Positions 1 to 12,245 of a stretch of DNA of 64,000 nucleotides are shown in pieces (position 1 is the first letter of the stretch; every line of letters begins with the position of its first letter). The notes under the pieces are model-generated. The model searched no databases and had not been told where the DNA came from. It saw only the letters and a program-made list of their open reading frames with translations. The position numbers and the translations under genes are program-made. The stretch comes from Marsupella aquatica (taxonomy: Eukaryota; Plantae; Marchantiophyta), in NCBI GenBank assembly GCA_973895155.1, contig OZ316895.1:556435-620434 (forward strand). The letters run 5' to 3'.

Positions 1-391
1 GGTAACTTTTTTGGATCTTTTTTGGCGAGAACGTAGCCACTGAAGCTAGCAACGCGGTGCACCACTCGATTTCCATTTCCGACAACGGGTGGTACTTGGA
101 TATTTTCTTATTCCCCGAGGTGGTCAAAACGGGAGAGAATTTTTGAGTTTTACCCACCCCGACCGAAATGTGAAAAAGTTTTTCGTCGGAACTCGGTTTC
201 GATTTCGGATTTCAGCGTTGGCTTGCTAGGTTGGTGGGCTAAGTGGCGGTGACAAGTTTCAAGGTTTTTGGAAAGTTGCGAAAAACGACATTTTTTCATG
301 ATTTGGATTTGAGTCAACGCGAAGGAAGGAAGGAAAATGCATATAGGGAGCAACACAACAATAGCACGTGGAGAACGTTGGGAGGACAACG

Positions 392-1294
392 ATGGCATCC
401 AAGTTTGGAGGTGTCAAGTTTGAGGTGGAGAAATATGATGGGCGCACAGATTATTTGCTATGGGAGAAGCAGGTTAAGGGAATTCTTCGTGCTATGGGCC
501 TAGATCATCTGCTATCGACTCGGGAGGAGTCTAGCAGTGAGGAGGAGATCCCGTTGAGGAAATGGAGGCAAGAGCAAGTGATTGCTGTGAATGCGGTTAT
601 GCTGTATCTGAAGCCGCATATCATTAAGAAGCTGGACGACTACGAGGATTGCGTATCCTTATTCAAGGCCCTCAGAGAGAAGTACTACCGAGAGGATGCC
701 TCAGATCGGTTGTACAAGAAGTCTCTCTTGATGAGCTTGAGACTAAAAGAAGGAGGCAAGCTTCGAGATCACTTGGATGAATTCAACAGCCTAGCTGTAG
801 ATTTGTCAAATTTTGGCAAGGGAGTGGAAGATGAAGATAAGGCATTGCTTCTCTCAGTTCCTTACCCCCATCATATCAAGGTTTGAAGCAGGTTCTCTTG
901 TATAGAGATCTCAAAACCATTTCATATGATGAGGTGGTAAGCTCTTTGTTGTCAGATGATGCACAGAAGAAACTGGGTCATGCCCAGACACCATCTTCAT
1001 CTGGCAGTGCATTGAATGTGAACCGCGGGAGGACTCAATAGCGGATGACTGGTGAAAACAGGTCCTTTTCACAAACGTACCCCTCACGGAATAGAGGCAA
1101 GGAGAAGGCTCGGTCTAAGTCTAGATCCAGGTCTAGAGAGAAATCTCTAGGAAAGGAAACCAATTATATGCTGGAAATGTAACAAGCCTGGCCACATGAA
1201 ACGAGACTGTCGAGTCAAGCAGACTCATCAACCATTAGCGAACGCAGCCACTGATGTTGATATGATTGACTTGCTTGATGATGAAATCTTGTGA
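392..1294 (+). pseudogene. gag: copia gag of element A (frameshifts and an internal stop; CCHC zinc knuckle)
   Basis: MASKFGGVKFEVEKYDG... is homologous to element B gag; CWKCNKPGHMKRDC near 1168-1210; ends DDEIL-TGA at 1292-1294; lesions near 850-886, 1039 and 1150. Confidence 0.9.
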
Positions 1295-4200
1295 AGTCCA
1301 GATGTTGCCCTTTGCATTTCATCCAGTAACAACGGTGATGAATGGATTTTAGACTGTGCCTATACCTATCATATTTGTTGTATGAAAGAGTTTTTTAGTT
1401 CTTACTCAGTATCAACCGATTCCGTGTTGATGGGGAATGATCATCCTTGTCAAATTATTGGAATTGGATCCATGAAAATTCAGATGTTTGATGGAGCTGT
1501 GCGAACAGTGAGTAATGTCAGACACATACCTGACATGAAAAAGAACTTGATTTCTCTTGAATGCTGGAAGCAAATGGATGTCGGTGGAGTTCTGCTGATG
1601 GTATTCTTCAAGTGTCAACCGGAGGCAAGGTTGTCATGAAGGGTAAGCGGCACAGGAATCTATACCTGTTGGAGGGCAACGTGATTTGTGAAGAAGCCAA
1701 TGTAACTAGATCTCAATGCGAGATGACTCAGTTGTGGCACTACAGATTGGGACACATGAGTGAAAAGGGTTTGGCGGTACTTCGCAGGCAAGGACTTCTT
1801 TCTAATTTGGAATCTACTAAGCTAGATTTTTGTGAACACTGTGTGCTTGGGAAGCAGCACAGGAGAACCTTTGGTGTTGGAACTCACAATACCAAAGCTA
1901 TACTTGAGTATGTACATAGTGATGTGTGGGGTCCAGCCCCAACTCCCTCACTTTCTGGAAAATTATACTATGTCACGTTCATTGATGATTACTCACGGTA
2001 TGTGTGGATCACATTTCTACACGCCAAGTCTGAAGTTTTTGGCACTTTTAAGAAGTGGAAAGCCCAAATTGAGAATCAGACTGGCTCCAAGGTGAGATAT
2101 CTGCGATCAGATAACGGCGGGGAGTATAGTTCAAGTGAATTTGAACTATATTGTGCAGAGCAAGGGATTACTCGTCATCTCACGACAGTTTATACTCCTC
2201 AACAGAATGGTGTTTGTGAGCGGCTAAACTGAACACTATTGGAGCGATCAAGGAGTATGTTGAGCCAATCAGGTTTACCGCATGAATTTTGGGCTGAAGC
2301 TATAAATACGGCAGCTTATTTGGTAAATCTTTCTCCTTCAAGTGCAATCAATTTCAAGACGCCGTTTGAAATGAGGTATGGACGGCACGCAGACTATCAG
2401 GTTTTGAGAGTCTTTGGAAGTGATGCATATGCTCTCACACCTAAGCAGAATCGATCTAAACTAGATTCTACTTCCAAGAAGTGTCTTTTTCTTGGTTATC
2501 AACCAGGTGTGAAAGGTTACAGGCTATGGGATCCAGAAGCTTGTACGTTGCTTGTCAGTAGAGATGTATCCTTTAATGAATCCAGATCATCAAAGGAGGG
2601 GGAGAATGCTCAGGCTTCCCGTACTGACAAAGGTAAATCTCCTATCCTGGACCATGTTGTGGGGGAGATTGGTCAGGAGAGTTTTCATGACATAAATGAA
2701 GGAGGTGCTCCGAGAATGGAGCTGGTTCCGGTAATGGAACAAGAGGAGCAGGCTGTTGATGGAATACCTCAAATTCAACCAACAGAACAAGATCAACCAG
2801 AATCATCAGCTAGAAAATCGAGACGTACTACTCGAGCTCCTACAAGGTATGGACAATGGACAATGGACAGATTCATCAAGGTTAGATGATGTTGACATTG
2901 CACCTGATGATGATGACAGAGCACTGATCTTGGAAGAAGGAGAACCTTCTTCTTATCATGAGGCGTGCATTTCAGACGAGAAAGATGAATGGAATGCAGC
3001 GATGCAGAGGAAGTTGCAATCTTTAAGTTACAATAGAACATGGGAGCTGGTGCAGCTGCCAAGTGATCAACAAGTGGTGGATAGCAAGTGGATTTACAAG
3101 CTGAAGGACAACTCTTCAGATGGAGGAGACAAGATATACAAGGCAAGGCTTGTTGCCAAGGGATTCACTCAAGAGAAGGGAGTGGATTACAATGAGGTCT
3201 TCTCTCCAGTTGCCAAGTATTCCACGATACAAATTTTGTGTCAACTTGTTGTGTTTTTTGATCTGGTGTTAGATCAAATGGATGTTGTTACTGCTTTTCT
3301 CTATGGCACCTTGGAGGAACAAATTTTCATGAGGCAACCACTGGGCTTTGTGAAGAAGGGCCAAGAGAGTTTAGTTTGCAGGTTACTTAAGTCCTTGTAT
3401 GGATTGAAGCAAGCTCCTCGGCAGTGGAACAAGCGATTCGATGATTTCATGTTTGCACAAGGATTCACTAGGATGGTGTATGACCCTTGTGTGTATACGA
3501 AATCAGTCAAGAATGGTGTGTTTGGTTTGCTCATTCTGGTGCTCTATGTGGATGACATGTTGATTGTGGCTAAGGATCAAACTGAGGTTGACAAACTCAA
3601 AGCAAAATTGAGTTCTGAATTCCGAATGAAGGATCTTGGGAAAGCCAAGAGGATCTTAGGTATGGAGATTACGAGGAACTTTGAAACTGGACAGTTGTGG
3701 TTGAATCAAGGCAAGTATGCTGAAAAGGTACTTGCAAGATTCAACATGGAAAATTGTAAGCCAGTAAGTATTCCTTTGGCTCCACATTTCAAGTTATCAT
3801 CGGCTTTCTGCCCCACGGATCCAGTGGAGAGAGGTTTGATGACTAAGGTTCCATATGAGAAGGCAGTGGGCAGTCTAATGTATTTGATGACATGTACCAG
3901 GCCTGATCTAGCCCTAGCAATGGGCAAAGTGAGTAGATTCATGTCAAATCCAGGGAAGGTACATTGGGAGGCTGTGAAATGGATTCTCAGGTATCTTAAG
4001 GGCACAATAGACTATGGTCTATTGTTTGATAGTAGATCAAACAAAACCAAATCTTTGGTTGGCTATGTAGATTCTGACTACGGAGGCTGTCTGGAAACAA
4101 GGAGGTCAACGACTGGGTATGTGTTTACTCTTGGAAGAGGATGCATAAGTTGGAGATCTACCTTGCCGAAGTGTGTATCTCAGTCTACTACAGAAGCAAA

Positions 4201-4528
4201 ATATGTTGCAGCAGCAGAAGCAGCAAAGGAAGCAATTTGGTTGGATAAGCTGGTCACTGAGATGGGATTGGAGCATGGAAAAATGACTCTTCATTGTGAC
4301 AGCCAAAGTGCGCTTCACCTAGCTATTAACCAGGTTATAGATAGCAGGGTGAAACACATTGATATCAGGTACCATTTTATTAGGCAAGCAGTGTCTGATA
4401 AAATGTTTGAGCTAGTCAAGATTGATGGAAAGCTCAACCCGGCTGATGCTTTTACCAAAGTGATTCCTTTGGAGAGTTACTCAAGACACCGTGCTACTTT
4501 GCAAGTTTTGCATTTGCAGCACAAGTAG
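1295..4528 (+). pseudogene. pol: copia pol of element A (protease, integrase, RT, RNase H), disrupted
   Basis: WILD protease motif, WHYRLGH..CEHC zinc finger, HSDVWGP, LRSDNGGEY, YKARLVAKG, YVDD, ADAFTK; frameshift near 1560, stop at 2230, 7-bp duplication (TGGACAA) frameshift near 2850. Confidence 0.93.
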
Positions 4529-4732
4529 AGTAACTTAACAATATGTAATTTCTGTATATGGGTTACTCAATCCTATTATGGCTACGGCTTAATTCTAGTT
4601 AACCCTTAGTTAACCTTAAATGGTTTTTAGGGGGACACCTATGGTTTTAGGTGATTGTCTATAATTTTCCGCTAAGTATCTCATATGGATAGCAGAAATT
4701 GCAGTCCCCAAGACTAGAGTCAAGGGGGAGTT

Positions 4733-5064
4733 TGTTAAGGATTGCTCTTAGTCTTGTGACTCATAGGTTACGGCACTTAGGCTAACCACAGTTAGGATCT
4801 TAGCTGAGGTTAGATTAGTCGTGTGTGACCTTGTATATACCAGGGCTAGTGTAAGCCGCTGGTGGGTGGTGCTTACTCATTGTAACAGAACAACAGGAGG
4901 AAGAGAGAGAGCATGTGTGTTCGTCTACTCTTGAAGTAAAGCTTGAGTGTTCGTGTGGACGTAGCCTTGGAGAATAGGTGAATCACGTAGAGATTGTGTC
5001 GACTACGTGTGCATGGAATGAGTCATGGTTGTATGGTCGTTGCGAATGACGTCTTAGTTCAACA
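4733..5064 (+). repeat. 3' LTR of copia element A
   Basis: TG...CA ends (TGTT/AACA), directly after the PPT; a homologous solo LTR lies at 62691-63042 on the minus strand. Confidence 0.88.
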
Positions 5065-5179
5065 CGTTGCACACTGGCCAACTCTTTGCATCATTCTGGA
5101 CGTCATCGGATTAGCAATATCACAAGCACAAGCAACAACAACTAAAGAGGCACAACATATAGCACGAGCATCATCAGAT

Positions 5180-5397
5180 TGTTGAGCAAAGATAACATTC
5201 ACCATGACATGTTCATGAACAAGTAACAAGCAAGTAGTTGATGTACTAGAGAGATGTGTAGTAAGTTCACCTTAGATGAGGGTATGTCCTCGGGAACACA
5301 CATTCAAAGGTTTACTGCACTCTAGGCCGGTCTGCCATACCAAGTCTCCGCAACACAAGCCCTGAACTCTATTTCTCAACTAACTCCGTGACAATAA
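5180..5397 (-). repeat. old diverged LTR relic (element-B-like), interrupted by element B; remainder at about 11930-11951
   Basis: Starts TGTTGAGC and aligns with the element B LTR (CGGGAACACAC, TTTACTGCACTCTAGGCCG, CTCAACTAACTCCGTGACAATAA); resumes as TCCTATGTTC after the right TSD. Confidence 0.75.
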
Positions 5398-5739
5398 TGT
5401 TGAGCATAGACGACATTCACAACGGCAAGCCCATGAACCATCCAACGCACAATAGTTGACACAGAGAGATACGTGGTTCACCTCCACATGAGGCTACGTC
5501 CACGGGAACACACAAGAGCTTTACTGCACTCTAGGCCGACCGGCCATACCAAACATCCACAGCACAAGCTCTCCCTATCTCTCAACTAGCTCCGTAACAA
5601 TAAGCCTAAGTTCCACCAGGGTCTGGCATCAGCCCTGGCTATATGCACAACAGCACTACCGCTAACCTTAGCTAGGTCCTAACCTGAGTTAGCCTAACTG
5701 GCTAGCATAAGAGTCACAAGACTAGAGCAATATCTAACA
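5398..5739 (-). repeat. 3' LTR of element B
   Basis: TGTT...AACA; PPT (AAGGGGGAGTT on the minus strand) at 5740-5750; differs from the 5' LTR by about 2 substitutions and one 2-bp indel by eye. Confidence 0.96.
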
Positions 5740-5946
5740 AACTCCCCCTTGAATCTTGTCTTGGGGACTGGACTAAATGCTACCATATGGAATCCTCAGC
5801 GGGAAGTTCTAGACAATCACCAAACCAGGTCTCCCCCTAAAAACTACAAGGGTTAACTAAGGGTTAACTAGAACTAAGCCGTAGCCTAACAGGAATGAGT
5901 AATCCATATACAAATAGTCACACATTGCTAAATAACTCTACTTGCA

Positions 5947-8900
5947 CTACAACTGCATAACTTGCAAAGTAGCACGGTGTCTTGAGAAACTCTCCAAAGG
6001 AATCACTTTGGTAAAGGCATCAGCGGGATTGAGCTTTCCATCAATCTTGACTAGCTCAAAAGTTTTATCAGACACTGCTTGCCTGATAAAATGGTACCTG
6101 ATATCAATGTGCTTCACCCTGCTATCCATCACCTGGTTAGCAGCCAAGTGAAGAGCACTCTGACTATCACAGTTTAGAGTCATTTTTCCATGCTCTAAAC
6201 CCATCTCCGCGATCAACTTATCCAACCAAATTGCTTCCTTTGCAGCTTCTGCTGCTGCAACATACTCTGCTTCTGTAGTAGACTGAGATATGCACTTCTG
6301 CAAGGTAGATTTCCAACTGATACATCCTCCTCCAAGAGTGTATACAAACCCAGTTGTAGATCTCCTTGTATCCAGACAGCCTCCATAGTCAGAATCTACA
6401 TAGCCAACTAACGTTCTATTTGATCTGTTATCAAATAGTAATCCATAGTCCTGTGTTCCCTTCACATACCTGAGAATCCATTTCACAGCTTCCCAATGTA
6501 CCTTCCCTGGATTTGACATGAATCTGCTAACCTTGCCCATCGCTAGGGCCAAGTCAGGCCTAGTACAAGTCATCAAATACATCAGACTGCCTACTGCCTT
6601 CTCATAAGGAATCTTAGCCATCAGACCTTTCTCCACAGCATCCGTAGGAGATAAAGCCGATGATAACTTGAAATGTGAAGCTAAAGGAATACTCACTGAC
6701 TTACAGTTTTCCATGTTGAATCGTGCAAGTACTTTCCTTGCATACTGGCCTTGACTCAAGCACAACTGTCCAGTCTCAGAGTTCCTAAAAATCTCCATAC
6801 CTAAGATCCTCTTGGCCTTACCAAGATCCTTCATCCTGAATTCAACGCTCAATTTCGCCTTGAGACTGTCAACCTCAGATTGATCTTTAGCCACAATTAG
6901 CATGTCATCCACATAGATCACCAGAATGATGAAACCAAATACATCATTCTTGACTGATTTCGTATACACACAAGGATCATACACCATCCTTGTAAAACCT
7001 TGAGCAAGCATGAAATCATCAAACCGCTTGTTCCACTGTTTGGGAGACTACTTCAATCCATACAAGGATTTGAGCAATCTGCAAACTAAGTTCTCTTGGC
7101 CCTTCTTCATAAAGCCTAGTGGTTGTCTCATGAAGATCATCTCTTCCAAGTTGCCATAGAGAAAAGCAGTAACAACATTCATCTGATCCATCACCAGATT
7201 AAAAAACACAACAAACTGACACAAGATCCGAATTGTGAAATACTTAGCCACCGGTGAAAAGACCTCATTGTAATCCACTCCTTTCTCCTGAGTGAACCCC
7301 TTGGCAACAAGCCTTGCCTTATAGATCTTATCTCCACCCTCTGAAGGACTGTCCTTCAACTTGTAAATCCACTTGTTGTCCACCACTTGTTGACTTCTTG
7401 GAAGCTCCACCAACTCCCATGTCTTGTTGTCACTCAAAGATTGTAACTCCCTCTGCATTGCTGCATTCCACTCATGCTTCTGCTCTGAAGCAAAGCCTCA
7501 CTATACGAAGAAGGCTCTCCTTCTTCCAAGATCAAAGCCATATCATCTTCATCAGGTGCAATGTCAATATCATCTAGCTTAGATGAGTCTGCCCATTGAC
7601 CATACCTGGTAGGAGCTCTAGTAGAACGACTGGAAGTTCTTCTAGTAGATGACTCAGGCTGATCTGTTGCTGCTGCTGGTTGAATTTGAGGTACCCCAGC
7701 AACAATTTTCTCCTCTTGTTCCATCACAGGAACCAGCTCCAAGCCCGGAGCTTCTCCATCTCTCCTGTCATGAACTGCATCATGACTAATCTCCCCCTCA
7801 ACCCGGTCCGGGATGAGAGATTTCTCCTTGTCAGTATGGGAGTCCTGAGAACTCTCCCCCTCCTTTGATGATCTGGATTCATTAAAGGACACATCTCTAC
7901 TGACAATTAGCTTACAGGTTACTGGATCCCATAACCTATAACCCTTCACACCTTTCTGATAACCAAGGAAAATGCATTTCTTCGACTTGGACTCCAACTT
8001 GGATCGAAGCTGGGAAGGTGTAAGCACATAAGCATCACATCAAAAAATCCTCAGATGTGAGTAATCTGCTGGACGCCCGTACCTCATTTCAAATGGCGTC
8101 TTGAATCCAATAGAACTGGATGGAGAAAAATCTACCAAATAAACTACAGTGTTGACAGCTTCAGCCCAAAACTCATGTGGTAAGCATGATTGACTCAACA
8201 TACTCCTCGAGCGGTCCAATAGTGTTCGGTTGAGTCTCTCAGAAACACCATTCTGCTGAGGAGTATAACTTGTTGTGAGATGGCGGGTAATCCCTTGCTC
8301 CTTACAATACGTTCCAAATTCACCGGAACTGTATTCACCGCCGTTATCCGATCGAAGATATCTCACCTTATTACCAGTCTGATTTTCAACTTGGGCTTTC
8401 CACTCCTTAAAAGTGGCAAAAACATCAGACTTATTGTGTAGAAAGTATATCCACACATACCTTGAGTAATCGTCTATGAACGTGACATAGTATAACCGTC
8501 CAGAATGTGAGGGAGTAGGGGCTGGACCCCACACATCACTATGTACATACTCAAGTACCTCCTTGCTGGTGTGAGTTCCAACTCCGAAGGGTTTCCTGTG
8601 TTGCTTCCCTAGCACACAGTGCTCACAAAATTCCAACTTACAAGATTGCAAATTAGAAAGTAATCCTTTCTTCTGAAGAATAACCAAACCTTTTTCACTC
8701 ATGTGGCCCAAACGGAAGTGCCACAGCCGGGCCGTCTCCTCATGAGATAAGGTTACATTGGCTTCATCACAGACTACACTGCCTTCCAAAACGTATAGAT
8801 TGCAATGTCTCTTTCCCTTCAATACAACTTTAGTACCAGTTGAAACCTGAAGGACACCATTAGCAGAATTCCACTGATGGCCATTTGCCTCTAAAACTCC

Positions 8901-9164
8901 AAGTGAAATGAGATTTTTCATCATGTTGGGAATATGTCTCACATTCCTCAATGTTCTCACAGCACCATCAAACATCTGAAATCTTACAGATCCAAGTCTA
9001 ACAACTTGACATGGGATTCCATTTCCCATCAACACTGACCCGTTGGAAACCGTGTAAGAACTGAAACAATCTCTCCTAGAGCAAATATGAAAAGTACATG
9101 CACTATCTAGAATCCAGTCATCACTACCTGGATTTGACACTACGTTGAGAGCATAACCTTGACA
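5947..9164 (-). pseudogene. pol: copia pol of element B (PR-IN-RT-RH), disrupted
   Basis: ORFs 8040-9140 (WILDSA, WHFRLGH, LRSDNGGEY), 7434-8027, 7048-7458 and 5947-7011 (YVDD, ADAFTK); frameshifts near 8040 and 7490, stop at 7048. Confidence 0.93.
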
Positions 9165-10025
9165 TCACAATATGTCATTATCATCGAGTAAATCTACCTC
9201 ATGCGAGCTCGATGCCGCATTAGCAGAGGCAGTAGGGACCTTTACTCGACAATCCCTTTTCATGTGGCCAGGCTTGCCACAATTCCAACATGCAAGAGGC
9301 TTCCTCTCTTGTGATTTTCCTCTGGATTTAGATCTCCCCCGTGATGTAGATCTAAACCTGTTCTGTCCATTCGTGCGCTGCGCTGCTCTTCCCCTGTTCA
9401 CATTGAGCGCAGTGCCAGAAGAAGATGCTGTTTGTGATTGACCCAACTTCTTTTGAGCATCATCAGACAGTAATGAGCTCACCACCTCATTATATGAAAT
9501 GGACTTCAGATCTCTGTACAAGAGAACCTGTTTCAAGCCCTGATAAGACAACGGTAAGGAGCTTAGCAGAAGCAAGGCCTTATCCTCATCTTCAACTCTT
9601 TTTCCCAGGTTTGACAGATCCACCGCTAGACTGTCAAACTCATCCAGGTGATCCTGCATCTTGCTCCCTTCCTTGAGCCTAAGGCTCATCAAGAGAGACT
9701 TCTTGTACAGCCGGTCTGACGCATCTTCCCGGTAGTACTTCTCTCTTAGAGCCTTGAACAGTGACGCGCAATCCGCATAATCATCCAGCTGCTTGATGAT
9801 GTGCGGCTTGAGATATAGCATCACTACATTGACAGCAATCACCTGCTCCTGTCTCCATTGCCTCACTGAAATCTCCTCCTCTCCATCATACTGCTCTCGC
9901 GATGAAAGCAGATGAGCTAACCCCATGGCCCGTAGAACACCCTTCACTTGCTTCTCCCAGAGCAAGTAATCAGTACGACCATCGTACTTCTCCACCTCAA
10001 ACTTCACTCCTCCAAATCTAGCCAT
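9165..10025 (-). CDS. gag: copia Gag of element B (intact ORF, CCHC knuckle)
   Basis: MARFGGVKFEVEKYDG...CWNCGKPGHMKRDC...DDNDIL-TGA; the frame stays open upstream to 10430 but has no ATG there. Confidence 0.9.
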   Translation of the reverse strand: MARFGGVKFEVEKYDGRTDYLLWEKQVKGVLRAMGLAHLLSSREQYDGEEEISVRQWRQEQVIAVNVVMLYLKPHIIKQLDDYADCASLFKALREKYYREDASDRLYKKSLLMSLRLKEGSKMQDHLDEFDSLAVDLSNLGKRVEDEDKALLLLSSLPLSYQGLKQVLLYRDLKSISYNEVVSSLLSDDAQKKLGQSQTASSSGTALNVNRGRAAQRTNGQNRFRSTSRGRSKSRGKSQERKPLACWNCGKPGHMKRDCRVKVPTASANAASSSHEVDLLDDNDIL

Positions 10026-11566
10026 CTCCCTCTTCTTCCCTACTACCGACAGCTCTGGTAGTAACACAGCTTCCTCCACTGCACGCCGCACCGGTGATCG
10101 TACCGGTGTTATAAGTTCCTCCTCAAACGGTAGCAGCTCCTCCTCAGACTCTCCGTTTGACCGTCGCGATCCTGAAGCTCCACCGACGCCAATTCTTCTA
10201 GTATCCTCCGAGTCACTTGGGAAACTCCCCCGTTTTGACCACCTCGGAGAATAACCAAAATACCAAGTACAACCTGTCGTCGGAATTGCGATGTGATCGG
10301 TGCGCCGCGTTGCTAACTCCAGTGGCAACGTCCTCACCAAAAAAGAACCAAAAAAGTTACCGTGCGACGGACGGAATCTTTGTGTGACGGCCGAAAAACA
10401 GCTCTCTATTTTTTGGGAATATTCCCGCACAGTCCAATAGGGCTCACAGGGGGCCGTTCCCCCTGTCGGAGCGGTTAAAACGGAGGGTCACAGGGCCCGG
10501 GATGAGGCACAACCAATGAGGAGGAGGAGAGAATTTTTTTTTTCAGAAAAACACACTCTAAAGGGGTCTTAAAGCCCCTGGCAAAGGCGCGCGTATTCGC
10601 GGTATCGCGCGCGTATTCACGGCCAGAATCGCGTATAAATTGCAAAAAACGTGAAAAAACTGGTTTAAAGTGGTCAAAACGCGCGTTTTTCACATTTTTG
10701 GGCCGTATATGGGCGTTTTTGGCCGTATTTGGGCCCAAAAAAGCACGTTTTTGCGCTTAAAGGGGTGTGGGAGGCCGGTGTGCACGCCGGGGCGTATGGC
10801 GAACCTGGTTTGTCGGGTATTGGGGCCGTATTGGGGCAAAAAATGCCCTAAACTAACCTTAAAAATGTGCCCAAAATGACACAAAGGCCGTGTTACAAAC
10901 CTCAGCCGCCTCCGCTTTGGTTTCCAATGAGAAAAGTGATGCCCGCCGACATGAAAATGTTTCCGAATTGCACCGGCACGTCTGAAGCTCCACCAGAGAA
11001 AGAACTTATGTTGCGTCGTCTTCACTCCGCGTCAAGTGCCAATCCCGGACTCAAAACGACCGTCTCGCCACGATCTCTCCGTTGAGCCTCAGCACTTCGC
11101 GTTTCTTCCTCCGAGTCAAGCGTCACGATGAGTAATCCGGTTCAGGGAAAAACAAGCACCATAGCTTGTCAAAAAACCAGAACGCCTCCTTCACTTGTCA
11201 CGACGCACTCGTTCTGCAAACGTCAGCAAACAAGATACCAAAACGACCAGCACGCTCCAACCTTCAACTTGAACTATCACATGCGACGCCTCGCACACCG
11301 CACAGCTCACACCGTTGAAGAAACGATCTCTGGTTTCTCCCCCGAAATACCGTCGAACATGAATAAACCCTGAACGACGCAAACTTCAATTCCTCCGCAC
11401 CACGGATACCGATCAGCGAGCTCTAACCACCGTTAGAATGCCCTCTCACTAACCTATCCGCTTAGCCACACACAATCGAGTTTCATGCAATGAAACTCTG
11501 AATGTACCATCGACAATGAACGCTGGAAAAACCTGTCATGAAAAAACCTCGTCACCTCCCAGGCAT

Positions 11567-11578
11567 GCTCTGATACCA
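11567..11578 (-). promoter_or_regulatory. primer binding site complementary to tRNA-iMet
   Basis: GCTCTGATACCA on + equals TGGTATCAGAGC on -, 2 nt from the 5' LTR. Confidence 0.95.
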
Positions 11579-11580
11579 CT

Positions 11581-11924
11581 TGTTGAGCATAGACGACATT
11601 CACAACGGCAAGCCCATGAACCATCCAACGCACAATAGTTGACACAGAGAGATACGTGGTTCACCTCCACATGAGGCTACGTCCACGGGAACACACAAGA
11701 GCTTTACTGCACTCTAGGCCGACCGGCCATACCAAACATCCACAGCACAAGCTCTCCCTATCTCTCAACTAGCTCCGTAACAATGAGCCTAAGTTCCACC
11801 AGGGTCTGGCATCAGCCCTGGCTATATGCACAACAGCACTACCGCTAACCTTAGCTAGGTCCTAACCTGAGTTAGCCTAACTATGGTTAGCATAAGAGTC
11901 ACAAGACTAGAGCAATATCTAACA
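11581..11924 (-). repeat. 5' LTR of element B
   Basis: Near-identical to 5398-5739; adjacent to the PBS and the TSD. Confidence 0.96.
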
Positions 11925-11968
11925 AATAATCCTATGTTCAGACTCCTAACAAACAGTCAAATACCCCT

Positions 11969-12245
11969 CTCGGGGGGTTGACTATCAAAAATTTTATGAA
12001 CTACGTGCGATCCAAAATAGATATTTTTGATAAAAATTAACTAAATTTTTAAAAAGCGTAGGAGGCAAAAGAAGGTATTATAAACTCATATTTATAGAAT
12101 ATTCTCTATAAATAAAATAAAATAGATTATTAATATTAAAAATGAAGAATATTCTTGGAATATTTTCTTTATAAAATAGATCTATTTATATTAGGCTAGG
12201 ATCGCACATGGTACCCCAAAATATACACTTAGTTAACCCCCCGAG
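11969..12245. mobile_element. hAT-like MITE (277 bp, AT-rich core)
   Basis: 16-bp TIR CTCGGGGGGTT(G/A)ACTA; perfect 8-bp TSD ATACCCCT (11961-11968 and 12246-12253). Confidence 0.88.

Larger units (their letters stand above)
1..5064 (+). mobile_element. Ty1/copia LTR retrotransposon A (5' end outside the window; degenerate)
   Basis: Domain order gag - PR - IN - RT - RH; PPT AAGGGGGAG at 4722-4730 followed by an LTR starting TGTT (4733) and ending AACA (5064). Confidence 0.95.
5398..11924 (-). mobile_element. complete Ty1/copia LTR retrotransposon B (~6.5 kb), recent insertion with coding lesions
   Basis: Two near-identical LTRs, perfect 5-bp TSD AATAA (5393-5397 and 11925-11929), PBS, PPT and gag-pol domains. 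Confidence 0.97.

Noticed and set aside
4529-4720. env-like ORF after pol
   Set aside because: The 3' UTR is under 200 bp in both elements and has no ORF.
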